A stretch of 63,725 bases of DNA, filler included, from Reticulomyxa filosa (lineage: Eukaryota; Protista; Foraminifera), in NCBI GenBank assembly GCA_000512085.1. It is 16 parts of 16 records of this genome, joined end to end, with 100 filler letters (N's around TTAATTAATTAA, not from the genome) between each part and the next. Parts side by side here need not be neighbours in the genome. Positions count along the whole stretch, not along the records: positions 23,504 to 26,383 come from ASPP01021578.1; positions 26,484 to 27,483 come from ASPP01046361.1; positions 27,584 to 33,045 come from ASPP01004969.1; positions 33,146 to 48,236 come from ASPP01034889.1; 12 more parts are not named here. One strand, given 5' to 3'. How positions within the stretch are numbered: the stretch's first letter is position 1; each line of letters starts with the position of its first letter. Made by a program: the position numbers and the translations under genes. This document shows positions 25,681 through 38,715 of this stretch, piece by piece. The notes under the pieces were generated by a model, which was not told the DNA's origin, did not search any database, and saw nothing but the letters and a program-made list of their open reading frames with translations.

Positions 25681-27583
25681 GCTCCCTTTTTTTTTTGGAC
25701 GCTACTGTATAAAAATAAAATTATTGATAACTTGGCTAATTCTGATGAACACATCCTATGAAACTCAACTTTATATATTTTTTTTAAATTGTAATTTAGT
25801 GCATAGAAAACTCAAAAAGCGTATTTTAAAAAGAAATTTCACGACTTGTTTTATGGAATATTAAATATGTAAAACTAATGCACTGTTTGCTTCATTTCTT
25901 TACTCCCAGATTTGAACAATTTTATTACAAGAATGTCCATATACTTAATTTATTTTACTGTAATCATTTTTTCTGTTATTGTAAACAAGCACATTGTCAA
26001 CACGAACAAAATGTGCACTTCAAAAAGGTCTAAGTTGAAGAATGTAATGTGGTAGTGCATTTATTTTTTGGGCTCAACTTGAAAAACAAAAACAACAGAG
26101 ACTTTACACTTACACTCAAAATGATATCTGCGATGCAATTTTATCAATGTGCAAAAAATGAATTAATATCTGTTCAATTTTCATTAATTAGTACTGAGAT
26201 TAATTTGAGTGAAGTAATTCAAAATGATTGTATTTGACAATGCTTCGCATCAAAAAGCACAATATTCAAAAAAAAAAAAAATCTCCCAACAGGTATGTAT
26301 ACATACACCGCATAGTTTTTTTGGTGATATTTGACAAGTTATATATATATATTGACATTTAAAAAAAGCAACAAGCGTGTTGTNNNNNNNNNNNNNNNNN
26401 NNNNNNNNNNNNNNNNNNNNNNNNNNNTTAATTAATTAANNNNNNNNNNNNNNNNNNNNNNNNNNNNNNNNNNNNNNNNNNNNACAAAAGAATCACAATA
26501 TTTTTTATTGGATAATGTAATAACCGAACATTTTTAAAAATATTCTTATAAGTCAAATACAAATACGATGAGTCATCTATGAAAAGGTAGCCATCATTTT
26601 CCACGCAACATCCGAAGATCAAAGGATTAACAATGTTATACCCCGACGAAAGTTTGGATATGGAATAATGACAACTCCACTTTTGTTGTCTTAAATCGAA
26701 CATTCAATTGAATATCAGCTAGCTCCATTCCATCTGTCAAAGTTGATAAACACACAGATCGAAAACACATTGGAATGGAAAAGTTGATGGTGTTTCACCG
26801 AGTGAAGTTGAGATCACTACTTTGGATGAAAATCCAAATACACTCATCCAATACTCACATTGATAACATAATATTCTGTTGTTTTTCCTGGACTTACGGT
26901 ACTGTTTACATTATTCAGATTTGATCCCTTTTCGCGTTGGTCTGTACATTAATTTACAAACAAATAATTTTTAAAAATATTTTTTAATTAGTCATAAATA
27001 CTTTTTCAATTTGGAGTTTGATGTTGGATATTAGAAGAAATCATTCAAACAAAATAATTATATTGATTTGTTCGAACTGTGTAATGTCATGCCCACTGCG
27101 AATTTATTTAACAGTATAATTGGCATATCTTCAATTTCATATTTAAAAATTTTCCAGCGCTGTTGTCATTTTATTATTGCAATTTGCTAATCTTGTCTTT
27201 GTCAATTGTGGTATTAACAAATATTACGTCGTTCTTCGTTGTAGTAGTTGCATTCCTCTAAGCATTTCTATTTCACTTTCAACACATTCTAATAAAATTC
27301 CGGTACACAAAGACATTTCATTAAAACAATTTGTTAGAAGATTTTTTATAAACACGAAAAATCTCTATATTGCCGGTAAGCGGCCGACTTTTGTCCCCCT
27401 TTCTTAAAAAGAAAGGATGGAAACGTAAATATAAAGATAAATTGGAGATATACTTCAAATTATCCTTATTAGACAATGTGTGGNNNNNNNNNNNNNNNNN
27501 NNNNNNNNNNNNNNNNNNNNNNNNNNNTTAATTAATTAANNNNNNNNNNNNNNNNNNNNNNNNNNNNNNNNNNNNNNNNNNNN

Positions 27584-28122
27584 AATGTAATTATATCAGG
27601 AATCAACAATTGATCACTAGTTTGATCTTGTTGTTTTTCAAACCATTGTTGAAAATAATGTTTTTGTAAATCAAATTTATTCCACATCCCCAAATGATGT
27701 AAAATTGTGTTATAGAATATGATATCTGGGTGAATATCTTTGCTTTGTACAATTTCAATAATATAAATGATTGAATTAGAACATTTCAATTCTGAACATC
27801 TTTTAACAGCTGCAGAATAGAGAGTGATGTCTTGAGACGAACTCTTTTTGAGATATTGAAGAATTTCTTTATCAGATTCCATTTTTTGAACTAATGATCG
27901 TTCATACCTGGTTTCAAGAGAAAATGGTGCTTTCAACAATGCGCCTTGCTGTCCTTGTAGCCCTTTCTTGTATTGAGTTTTTTGCTGTTGTTCGTTCAAT
28001 GACGCTTGATGTGTGTTGGATTGATGAAATTGTCTAATGAGAACGTAAGAAACAGAATACCAGTTTGGAAGCTTGTTTAATGTTCTACATCTAAGACTAA
28101 CTCTTTTCAGAGTTGTGATCAT
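27584..28122 (-). CDS. Pentatricopeptide-repeat (PPR) protein, N-terminal part, probably mitochondrial
   Basis: DITLYSAAVKRC, IHPDIIFYNTILHHLG, LIPDIIT repeats. Basic, acid-free N-terminus ending IRQFH. Confidence 0.8.
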
Positions 28123-28577
28123 GATTACTCTTTTTTTGTTGTCGGTCCCAAAACTTGAACTTTTAGATTTGGACTAATATAAAAAAAGTAGTAACGGGTT
28201 TCAAATGTATATTAGTTGGGTGTTGTTTGAAATTGTTGTATGTAACTGTTTAAAGTATCATTTTGCACACAAAATATAACCTCTTTTCACCTTTCCAAAA
28301 TAAGAGAAAGCGCACTGTTAAGTATTATTTTGCTCTAATTATCCAACACTTTTAACCATGTTCTTTTAAAACACAATATATTAAAAATTTCACATATCCG
28401 AAATTTCTTTTTGGATTGTTTTCTAGCCATTTGGAACATCAAATAACTTATTCATAAAAGAATTATCCTTCTTTTTTCATAAGAAGTCAAAAAAATAAAT
28501 CAAAAAACTACTAAATCTTAAAATGAATAAATTAAAAAATGGAAGCCAAAAAATAAACTTTGTTAATGCTTTTCAAT

Positions 28578-30572
28578 TCACAAAGTTGTACTAAATTCAT
28601 TACAAATACGAATTAGTCCTTTCATTGAACCATAACATAAATGGACACCACAATCATCTTTTGATCTTTGTTTATTGTAATTTACTTTCTTTTTCAAGGA
28701 TACAAATTTAAGACATGTTATTCCATTATCTTCATTATCTCCATTGATTATATGCAATTGACTCTTACTTGATCGAATATCCCAAAAACGAATTGTATTA
28801 TCCCGTGATCCGGAACATATCACATTTAAATTACCACTACTGTTCTTTATTACAAATGGTGGATATTCAACCGCATACACATAATTTGTATGTCCATTGA
28901 ACACTTGAGTTTGTTGACCAGATCGAACATCCCACAAACGAACACTTTTATCCCATGATCCAGATAATATTATATTTCCTAATTCATTTGATCCATATTT
29001 TACGCTTTGTACTAGATTTTCGTGTCCTTTGAATACAATAAGTTGTTTGATTGTTTCAATATCCCATATACGAATGGTTTTATCTTCTGATCCAGAACAA
29101 GTAGTATACCCATTACCACCAATCACGCCAATACTATTACTTTTATGATTATTGCCTTGTAATGGTGAAATAGCTGTACATCTAACAGCAAATTCATGTC
29201 CATTGAAAGCATGTAGTGATCTGAATGTTTCAACATCCCATAAACGAACAGTAGCATCAGCAGATCCAGTACACAAATATCTACCACCATTAAATGGTGA
29301 AAATTCAATACCACTAATCCAGTCAGTGTGTCCTTTAAATGATCCAAATTGTCGATTATTTTTGAAATCCCAAAAGCGAAGAATTTTGTATCTAACTGGA
29401 GAACAAATGACATTTTTGTGGTAATGATATCGTGAAAATTTTGCACAATACATAATATTTGAATGTCCATTAAATAATTGAGTTTGTTTGTTATTGTCAA
29501 TATTCCATACGCAAATTGTTTTATCTTCTGATCCAGAACAAATGAATTCATTACCATCGAATGTCGAATAATCAATACTAAGCACACTACTAGTATGTCC
29601 ATTGAATGTACTGATTAATTTGGGTGATGATAGAAGCAAATTAAAATCGATATGTAATGCTAATAAAGATGTTTCTTTTTTGCTTTCTTGTTTTTTTTCT
29701 TCTGTGTGTTGAGGATTTAATTTTTGAAGTAATTGTTCATAATCTTGAGTTAATTTGTCATTCTTCTCTTCCAATGATTTAACTATTTTTTCATGATCAG
29801 ATAAAACTTGTTTTTCTTTGTCATTGAAATCTTTTTTGATCATTTCAATATCTGCACGATACTTGAGTAATTCTTGTTTAGAATCTCTTTCCATTTGTTT
29901 GATTCGATTAGCTTGTTCAATGATTTGTTTATCTTTCAATTGAATTTCTTGATTCATTGATTGCTGCAATTGATTGACCAAATCAAAATGTAATTTCATA
30001 TTTGTAGCAAGATGATCATCTACATTTTGTTTGAGGCATGTATGATTACAACCAAATGGTTTAAACCAACAATCAATTAAATTCAAAGGACATTCATTAA
30101 GTAAATGAGTATTTAAATCTTTTAATTTTCCTTTAAAATCACATTTCATTATTTCATGTACTTCTCCTTCTCTTTGTTCTTTAGTTTCATGTGGTGCTTT
30201 CAACTCTTGTTCAAATTGTCTTATGCACATCACTGTTAAGTCACCAATGTATTTTCTCACTGCGTTGCTTCTTGAATACTGACAATTGTCATGTAGTTGA
30301 ATTGGACAAGAGTTGTTATTGTTTTTAAGAAATAATTTTAGACAATGCTCTCCAGTAATTAGTACTTCATCCACATTTGCGTGTTGTGGACACACTATGT
30401 CCATAGGATTGTTTGCAATTTGTTTGCAAATCAAACAAATAAAATGTTCAATGTATTGTTGTGAATGGGATCGTAAAATCCAATCTTTGTTAAAGCAAGA
30501 CTGCTCAAGCGAAAACGAAGTTACTTCAATCTTTACTTCGTCTTTTGAGTTTTTTTCAGTCGCCTGCTTCAT
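28578..30572 (-). CDS. Degenerate RING/TRAF-type zinc finger + coiled coil + WD40 protein (664 aa, intronless)
   Basis: CLICKQIANNP, CPIQLH, CDFKGKLKDLNTHLLNECP, CWFKPFGCNH...HL, a coiled coil, then six WD40 repeats. Confidence 0.92.
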   Translation of the reverse strand: MKQATEKNSKDEVKIEVTSFSLEQSCFNKDWILRSHSQQYIEHFICLICKQIANNPMDIVCPQHANVDEVLITGEHCLKLFLKNNNNSCPIQLHDNCQYSRSNAVRKYIGDLTVMCIRQFEQELKAPHETKEQREGEVHEIMKCDFKGKLKDLNTHLLNECPLNLIDCWFKPFGCNHTCLKQNVDDHLATNMKLHFDLVNQLQQSMNQEIQLKDKQIIEQANRIKQMERDSKQELLKYRADIEMIKKDFNDKEKQVLSDHEKIVKSLEEKNDKLTQDYEQLLQKLNPQHTEEKKQESKKETSLLALHIDFNLLLSSPKLISTFNGHTSSVLSIDYSTFDGNEFICSGSEDKTICVWNIDNNKQTQLFNGHSNIMYCAKFSRYHYHKNVICSPVRYKILRFWDFKNNRQFGSFKGHTDWISGIEFSPFNGGRYLCTGSADATVRLWDVETFRSLHAFNGHEFAVRCTAISPLQGNNHKSNSIGVIGGNGYTTCSGSEDKTIRIWDIETIKQLIVFKGHENLVQSVKYGSNELGNIILSGSWDKSVRLWDVRSGQQTQVFNGHTNYVYAVEYPPFVIKNSSGNLNVICSGSRDNTIRFWDIRSSKSQLHIINGDNEDNGITCLKFVSLKKKVNYNKQRSKDDCGVHLCYGSMKGLIRICNEFSTTL

Positions 30573-30991
30573 TATCTTCCGTCCTTTGTCGCTTTTTTTT
30601 TTTTATTTATTAATAATGGGCAATTAAACTTCAAAAAACGCTTTGGGGGTTGACTTTCTGTCCAAAAAAAATACACCTTTTTTTTTTTAGTTTTTACAAA
30701 AATGGAGAGCGAAAGAGCAGTTAAAAAGAACAACATGTAAATGTGCATGGAATTGTTCTTTGAAAAAAACTCTGTTTTTGATGAAAAATATCAAATGGAG
30801 AAAGTGGTTTCCTTTTAATGCAAAAAAAAAGATATGAGTGACATAGCATTGTGACATATCAATGTACACGAAAATTGTAAACCTAAAAAGAGGTAGAGTG
30901 TTGAGCGTAGAGACTTTGTTCAGTCCCTTTTTGATTTTCGAAGTTTCGGGAGTTATCCAGGTGAAATTAAGCGAAAGCGAATTGAGGAAAA

Positions 30992-33045
30992 ATGACACAA
31001 TTGCGAGGTTTGACGAATTTCATCAGCGAAATAAGGAATGCGAAAACAGAGGAGGTAGGGTTTTTACGAGCACAAGTGGTCTTTTTTTTTTTTTTGCTTG
31101 AGAAAAGGGCGGGGGCCAGAAGGGGGTGGGGAGAGGGAGAAAAAAAAAAACTCGGATGATCTGTATGTACCCAAAAAAAAAAAAAAAAATAAGGAAGAAA
31201 GAGAACGAGTGGACAAAGAGTTGGCCAAGATCCGAGCAGCATTTGACAAGCCAGCGAAAGACCTGAAAGGTTACGCGCAGCGCAAATACATGTGGAAGAT
31301 AATGTATATATACATTTTGGGTTACACGGTGGACTTTGGACACATGCAATGCGTGGACCTGATCCGCTCGCAAAAGTTTGCGGAGAAGCAAGTGGGTTAC
31401 GTAGGCGTGTCACTGTTGTTGATTGAGTACACGGAGATGTTGCGACTGTGTATCCAAACGATCAAGAACGACCTGTCATCGCAGAACGAGGTGTTCCAAG
31501 CATTGGCATTGACATGCATAGCAAACGTAGGAGGCGTGGAGTTTGCAGAGGCATTGACATCAGACGTGCAGCAACTGTTAGTGAGTGGATCGTCATTGGC
31601 GATGGTGCGAAAGAAAGCAGCATTGTGTCTATTGCGTCTGTTGAGACAATATCCGGACAATCTGCCGCCAGCGGAGATGGCACCTGACATAGTGCGATTG
31701 GCAGAGCAGAAGAACATTGGCGTGGTGACAAGTCTGTTGAGTCTGTTGACAGGCTTGGCGACCTATGATAACGCGAACTACAAAGGAGTGGTGCCATTGG
31801 CCATCAAGTTGCTGCACACGTTGGCGATCGACCGTCAGTGCGCGAAGGAGTATATCTACTATCGCACGCCCGACCCATGGTTGCAGATCAAGCTGTTGCG
31901 TATCCTGCAGTACTATCCACCGTTGGACGACAAGACGTCATTGGACAAGCTACAAGAAATCCTGGATCGCATTGTGACCAAGACTGAAGTGACGCAAAGT
32001 GTAAACAAGAATCACGCCGATCATGCCATTCTATTCGAGGCCATGAACGTGATCATCCATTTGAATCTGCACGGACAAAAGATGCTGCACGAACGTGCCA
32101 TTCATAAGTTATTGCACTTTATCAATGTGAAGGAAGGCAATATCCGCTATCTCGGACTCGACGCGCTCGCGCGCTTGGCCAGGATTGGTGACACGCATCC
32201 CACCATCAAAAGACATCTCCGCACCATTCAGTTCTCGCTCGACGACAATGACATATCCATTCGCAAGCGCGCACTGGACCTGCTCTATAGCATCTGCGAT
32301 GAAACCAATGTGCAGGAGATACTCGACCATCTGCTCCACTATCTGTCCAAAGCCGAGTATGCCATGCGCGAAGAAATGGTGCTCAAGATCGCCATTCTGG
32401 CCGAAAAGTTTGCCACCGATATGAAGTGGTATATCAACATTGTCCTGCAGCTCATCACCGTTGCCGGAGACTTTGTCACGGAAGACGTGTGGCACAGAGT
32501 CGTTCAGATTGTCACCAACAACGAGGACTTGCAAAAGTATGCCGCTCAAAAAGTGTATGAGAATCTTCAAAACCCACCTGTTCACGAGTCCCTACTCAAG
32601 GTCGCGGGATACATCCTCGGCGAGTTTGGACATATGCTCGACAGCACCGGCATGGACCAGTTCAATGCTCTCAACAAGCACTTTCAGAGCGCCACCATCA
32701 ACACAAAGGCCCTGCTCCTGTCCACCTACATGAAGTTTGTCAATATGTACGAGGACCTGGCCTCCACTATTGTGCCCATCTTCAAAAACTTTAAGACGTC
32801 GATCGACTGCGAAATCCAACAGCGTGCCGTCGAATACGAGGTCATGACCTCATATGAGAACCAGGAACTCATCTCCCAGGTCTGGGACGCCATGCCCGAC
32901 TTCCCCGAGCGCGAGAGCAATCTCATGAAGATTATTCGCAAACGCGAGGGTGGCAAGGAGGTATTCAGTGACACTGAAAATGACAATGCCACCACAACTA
33001 ACAATGATGACGATGGCAATGAAGTCAACACCACCACTACCACCA
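30992..33045 (+). CDS. AP2A: AP-2 adaptor complex subunit alpha (alpha-adaptin), 3' partial
   Basis: Exon 1 (30992-31054) MTQLRGLTNFISEIRNAKTEE, intron 31055-31193, then ERVDKELAKIR...KYMWKIMYIYILGY..DFGH...EKQVGY...MPDFPERES, all hallmark alpha-adaptin motifs. Confidence 0.96.
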
Positions 33046-33145
33046 NNNNNNNNNNNNNNNNNNNNNNNNNNNNNNNNNNNNNNNNNNNNTTAATTAATTA
33101 ANNNNNNNNNNNNNNNNNNNNNNNNNNNNNNNNNNNNNNNNNNNN

Positions 33146-36100
33146 ATTCAAAATCACTTTGCCAAATGACTTATGACCAAACACATTTCTCCATACTTCT
33201 GTTTTGAGACACTCTGGTCCCAACAGAAAGTCTAGCATTTTCTTTGATACTTCACCATTATCACAAACAACCATCAGATCAATCAAATACTTTTCCACGG
33301 GGATCTGGTTATATCTTTTTGTTGTTCTCACTGCCAAATCTGCTTTCAATATTGCGATCCCTTTTTCCTCTGCCAAATCATGATCGATATTCTCCTCAAA
33401 ATCAATTTTTATTAAATTCTGAGGTGGATAGCCTGTCGCATGTCCAAATGCAGAACAATAGTTAAAACATGACACAAGAGCTAACTTTTCCATTGAATCA
33501 AGAGATTGGTTAGACAACGTACGATACTGCTCATGTATCACAGTCTTCACTTCTTTGGAGGGCTCACTTTTGCATTGTTTTGCCGTAATGTGCACTACAT
33601 CTAGCAATGTGGCTGGTGACAAGTTGCAATCATACAATTGCGGTCTCCTTCGTAAAAAAACAAAGCGATATACCTAAATACCACAAGGACATTAGATCGT
33701 TATTCTAAAGGGACATGTTTGAAATTAAAAAGAACTTTTGTTGCAAAACTGATTTCATATCTGCAGTGGAACTCTTCCAATTGTGTATCTCTGTCTTGCA
33801 CAAGCCTTCAATGTAAATTGTTTGCATGGTAATAACTTTCTCCAGATCTTTGTAAGCACTACTCACAAACTCAAAGTTATCAGCGGAAGTGCTAATGGAA
33901 GACAGTAAATGTAAAAATATTGGGCGATCCCGTTGCACATCATTGTGACTCTGTTGGAAAAGATCATCCTTCTTGCGTTGCAAATAACTTTTATTCTTTT
34001 GAATTAAACAAGCACTCTGGTCAGGAGAGAACGAGTGAGTTGCCACTTCGCTCACGTTCTTTTCCCTTTGATTATTGCACATACCAATACAAATGTTGGA
34101 CGGTGTTTGGTTAGTTATTGTGAAATCTCGATAATATAACGAAGGTGCTTTTTCACTATCAACTGCTTTCATTGTATGCCATTCTATGATTCCAAAAAAA
34201 ACCTTTGGCGATGAAATTATTATCAAAATAATAGACCTTTTTTTAAATACCTTTGTGTGTGCCAAAGCAAATTACGATGGCCATACCAGGCTTCGGCTGT
34301 GTGATATCGGGATTGAAGAAATATGCCCGAAATTGCTTTTTCTGACTGCCGTCATTTGGTCCCACTAAGGATATGCATCCATCCTCTTTGTTGCTTATTT
34401 CACACGTTTGAGTGATACAAAGTTGCTCGCACTCGTTGGATAATTCACCCATGTCATCATCTGCGTTCCGTTCGTGATATCGTGTAACAATATCGTGTAA
34501 CATTTTGATTTCGGAAGATTGAGTCTCTTTGCACTCCTCCGAGTTGGCTTGCTCTAATTCTTTGACAATGTTTTGGGATACACTGCACTTATATGTTATG
34601 CTATGCAAAATTATGAGTTTAAAAATCTGAAACACGATTCTTTGTTTATACGCTTTGGCGTCACTGCTGTCCTTGCATTTCACAAGCTCTGTTGCCATTT
34701 CGTTTAGTTCTTCGTTTCTCCATCTGCCAAAATCGTAGCGATCTATTTATATTTGTTTTTGATACTGCTATTTTTTCGTACAAACAAATTTTTAAAAAAA
34801 CTCGAACATTGAACAGGATTTTGGAGCCACTTTTTCATTAGAAAAAAACTCTTTGCGTCTTCTCGTACATAATCGTTCATTGGGATATCCTTCACTTTTT
34901 TGCTATTTTCATCATAATTCGGCTCTTGTATTATACACATTAGAAAAAATATTTGGTTATTAGCTTACATTGGAGCCCGCTGTTTTACTATTATGTTCAT
35001 TGGCTGCCACTTATCGTCTATGTATCGTAGACGAAATTGCACGACATCGCCCTTATGCAATTCGTTCATGTTAAAACTGATCTTTTTTTTTTGGACAAAA
35101 TGTTTAAAAAAAAGATTGTTCAAACACTTTTTGTATAGTTTTTGTAAAAAAAGCCTACTTGTGTCATACTATCATCCGGCAAAGAGTGAGGAGTAACGAA
35201 TTGCACATCTTCGGAGAGAGTCAGCATGTAAGACTTAAATTTAATAGACTTGATATGCGTGCTGTCCCCTGCCACTTCATACTGACATTCAATTTCATCT
35301 CCCAATTCCAGTTTCAAGTCAGACCATCTTTGATCATTGAGTTTGAACTCTATTCGGGTATTATTCTGTGTATAATTGTTTCCATCATTAGCTAAATTGG
35401 TTATCTTTGTGAGTTTTTTAGAAAAAAACTTTTAAATATCACATAAACTTACATACCTGAAGTATGATCAACCCCGAATCACCTTCAACTCCATGAATGA
35501 CGGCATACTCTTTATGATGTTCAACATTAGTGCTCGGATTCCTAGAGGAAAGAGGATTATTGGAAAGAGCCGAAGCAGTTTTCTATCGTTTTCAGAGTGC
35601 CAAAAAATAATTTTGTTGTGCTATTGCAATAGAAAATCTTAGAGACATACCACTTCTTCTATATCGGATATGGCTTTGTTACTGTTCACAAAAAACAAAA
35701 TAGTGTTTGTGTATCAACTCTTTGAACCGGAGTGAGTGTTATGTCCTCCCTTCAGGACTACGTAACTTTGGGATCGGATTCACTGGTATTTCTTTTGTGA
35801 TGTTTGAACTATCGCTTATTTGTTGCTGTGGTTCAATTACACGATCTTCTGGGCTGTGTTTGTGTTATTTTGCGCAGTGAAAGCGTAAAGATATGAAGAA
35901 AGAGTTTTAATGACTGTTTAATTTGGACAACACAAAAATTTTCCATATAACTAACGACTATATATTTTTTTTAACGGTGAATCCTTGACCTCTTCATTCA
36001 TAATTTTCTTTTCGTCCGAAGTAGCTGCAATCGGTTTCGTTTCTTCTTTGCTACTTCATTATTATTTACGTGTGTGTTAAGTAAAACACTCACGTATACA

Positions 36101-36395
36101 AAGTCATTGCAAACCTTGTTTCCATTCCATCAACAATTTGGTCAACATTCAGCTTTGACTCAGGACGCTTTTTATTTATTTCTTTCAGTAACTTCTTCTT
36201 TGGGGCAGGCGCTATCTTCACATTCCCAAAGATTTCATGCCAAGTCTTCGCTGAAAGCTCAATAACATCATCCAACTCCGTACACTCGACGGTATCCAAC
36301 AAATGTTTCACCAGTTTGTCTACGTCCTCTTTTTTGAGACATTTAGCCAAAAAATCGCGTATTTTAGTTTCTTCTTCCGAAGAGGGAGCACTCAT
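33146..36395 (-). CDS. Multi-exon hypothetical protein with SAM-like N-terminus and possible OB/cold-shock-like folds, 3' partial
   Basis: Co-oriented exon ORFs 36090-36395, 35120-35317, 34743-34940, 34243-34698, 33705-34265 and 33146-33637, separated by short GT-AG introns. IRDFL...ELDDVIEL....WHEIF...IAPAPKKKLLKEI is SAM-like. Confidence 0.6.
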
Positions 36396-37649
36396 ATCTC
36401 TCAATCAGTTTAGATCGAGACGGTTTTTCTTGTATCAAAAATCCAAATATGAGTATAACCCAACCCTTTCGTTTCTGCAGTTGCCTGTCACACGAAACTT
36501 GTTGCTAAGAAATTCAATTCAACAATATTATCAATAAAAATCGCGGACTAAAGTAAGCAAATGCTATGACTAATTGAAATGTATTTCATTTTGAAATTCT
36601 TCCAAAATTAAATATTCAATACGTCAAATATTTCTTCTCAAACTAGGAAAGCTGATGCTAGAAGAGTCTAAGGATTAGATTGTGGGAAGTCTACTATGAA
36701 GAGCTACACTAAATGTAATACGAAAAGGTTTTGCTCGAATGAGAGTGAATTTCAGTAAAACAAAGTAAATTAAGTAATAAATCAAAATGACAAAAAGGAA
36801 AGTAAGAAAAGCAAGGAAGTAAGAAGTAGTTGGTTGAGGAAGTTTAATCCAAAGGGAGCTCATCAGTTCCGTGAAAGTTCAGCCATGTGTGATAAGGGCT
36901 TGCCCTACAAGATGGGCGTAAAAGATAACTTAAAGGATTAAAGGAAATTTCTTTAAATAAAACGGTTGAGTCAATTATGACTATGAGTCGTGTAGTATAT
37001 TGTAGCCCCAATGAACTAAACTTTCTCTTCAAAATAACACTTTTTCTTTCTTGTTTTCTTTGTTCTTTTTTATTTTTGTGAATCTATCTTCATTTAATTC
37101 CATAAAATTCAGTAAATATTGATTTATGTCAACCACAAACGATATCCACACGATATGTATTATTCAAACGTGAGAAAAGCGCACGACTTACAAGTATTTT
37201 GATTTGTTTTTTTGCATTTGGGCTGCATTAGGATCTGTAATTCTGTATTAAATTGTTTAATGTGAGCACACTTTTGGTGAGATTAAGTGAAGTGAATATG
37301 GGAGCACTGACTGGTACAAAGTATAATACGAAAAGATAATGATCTCTGAGACCGTTTAATAGAAAATAATTAAATTAAAAAAGATAAATGACACCAATAG
37401 CGAAACAAGAAGAGAAAAAGAGAAGTAAGTCGTTAGAAAGTTTTAGAACATGGATTTCAAGGTTCACTTGAACCTTGACACTAAACAGTGGGCCTTCCCT
37501 ACAATAGCATAGATTAAACTATGTTTGAGCGTATCTGGCAATCCTTTGTTCTGTCGTATAAGATTAAATATTACTTAAATTTGATTAACTCTTTTTTAAC
37601 CTGATTACGTCATGTTTAAAATTTGCCTCCAAAATCAATTTTTCCGCTT

Positions 37650-37785
37650 CGTACTACAGTAGTTTGCAAAAAAATAGACACGTAGAATTCTACTTTGTGA
37701 AGATAATTGATTTTTTCCATGAAAACAAACAATTAACCCAAATTTTTAAAAATATTTACAAATGTTGAAGTTTTAAATATGATAC
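37650..37785 (-). repeat. Diverged arm of the same repeat family (opposite orientation)
   Basis: GATAATTGATTTTTTCCATGAAAACAAACA...TTTTTAAAAATATTTACAAAT...AGTTTTAAATAT aligns with 38765-38848. Confidence 0.7.
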
Positions 37786-38715
37786 TGGCTTTTAAATAAA
37801 GTCATTCTAGATCAAACAATTTATCACTTTGTTAGCTTTTCTTTGATGTCGATAATAGTTTTCATTTATTTTGGCATGGATTTAATTAAGCTTTTACATA
37901 TGTCTTTTTTACTTTTTCTCATTTTTTTCAAATTTTTCCATAGTTGTTTTGTTGTTTTTATTTGATCACCTTTGTAAAATTTTGCTGCCCAAAGATCACG
38001 CGAATTTAGAAGGAACTCAACCACGTGTAGTGACTACTTACGTCACAATGGAGTCAGTATGACTCCAAATATACAAATTGTTCTTTTTAATGAAAATTCA
38101 AAAACACATTCTTACTTTTCTTAAAACGTGCTTTTCCGCTCCATGTTCTCTACACACGCTGATTTTGTTTTATTCAACCTCTTATTATTGTGTTACATTT
38201 GTTGCATTTTGCGTTATCTTGTAAAAACCACTAGTTTCTATTATTGTGTAAGCAATAGTAATGCTTTTAAGTATTGCATTTGGTAATATTTCGTATAATG
38301 GCAATTAATGCGTACCAATTATGCAAGTAGTCCAACACTTTTAGCACCAAAGCACTCCCAACTGTGATATTACACTCACAAACATTGGCCTTTCTATAAC
38401 CGCTCTACCACTAGAACTTTGTACTCCTTTTTTTTCACATAGCAAATTTCATCACTTCCTATGCATGTAGTGCATCTTTTCAATTTCAAAATCCTAGTTA
38501 TTAATAAAAAACTTTAATTTCACTTTTGACATTGAATAATCTTTTTGTGTCTTTCGCTGTCATAACAATTTTACGCTGAATTTTATCACAAATATCAAAT
38601 AAAAAAAAATCATCTTAATAAAGTAGCATTTAGGCGTACTATTAAAAAATTATCTACATGATGTCAAGTTTCTGAAGAGCATAATAAAAAAACTTAAAAT
38701 GTTCATCATAACAAT

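Noticed and set aside
28578-33045. Stop-codon reassignment or alternative genetic code
   Set aside because: Long conserved ORFs read cleanly in the standard code; TAA, TAG and TGA all terminate genes, and internal stops are explained by introns or indels.
38330-38420. tRNA-like A-box (AGTGGTAGAGCG) on the minus strand
   Set aside because: No B-box (GTTCRA) and no cloverleaf stems.
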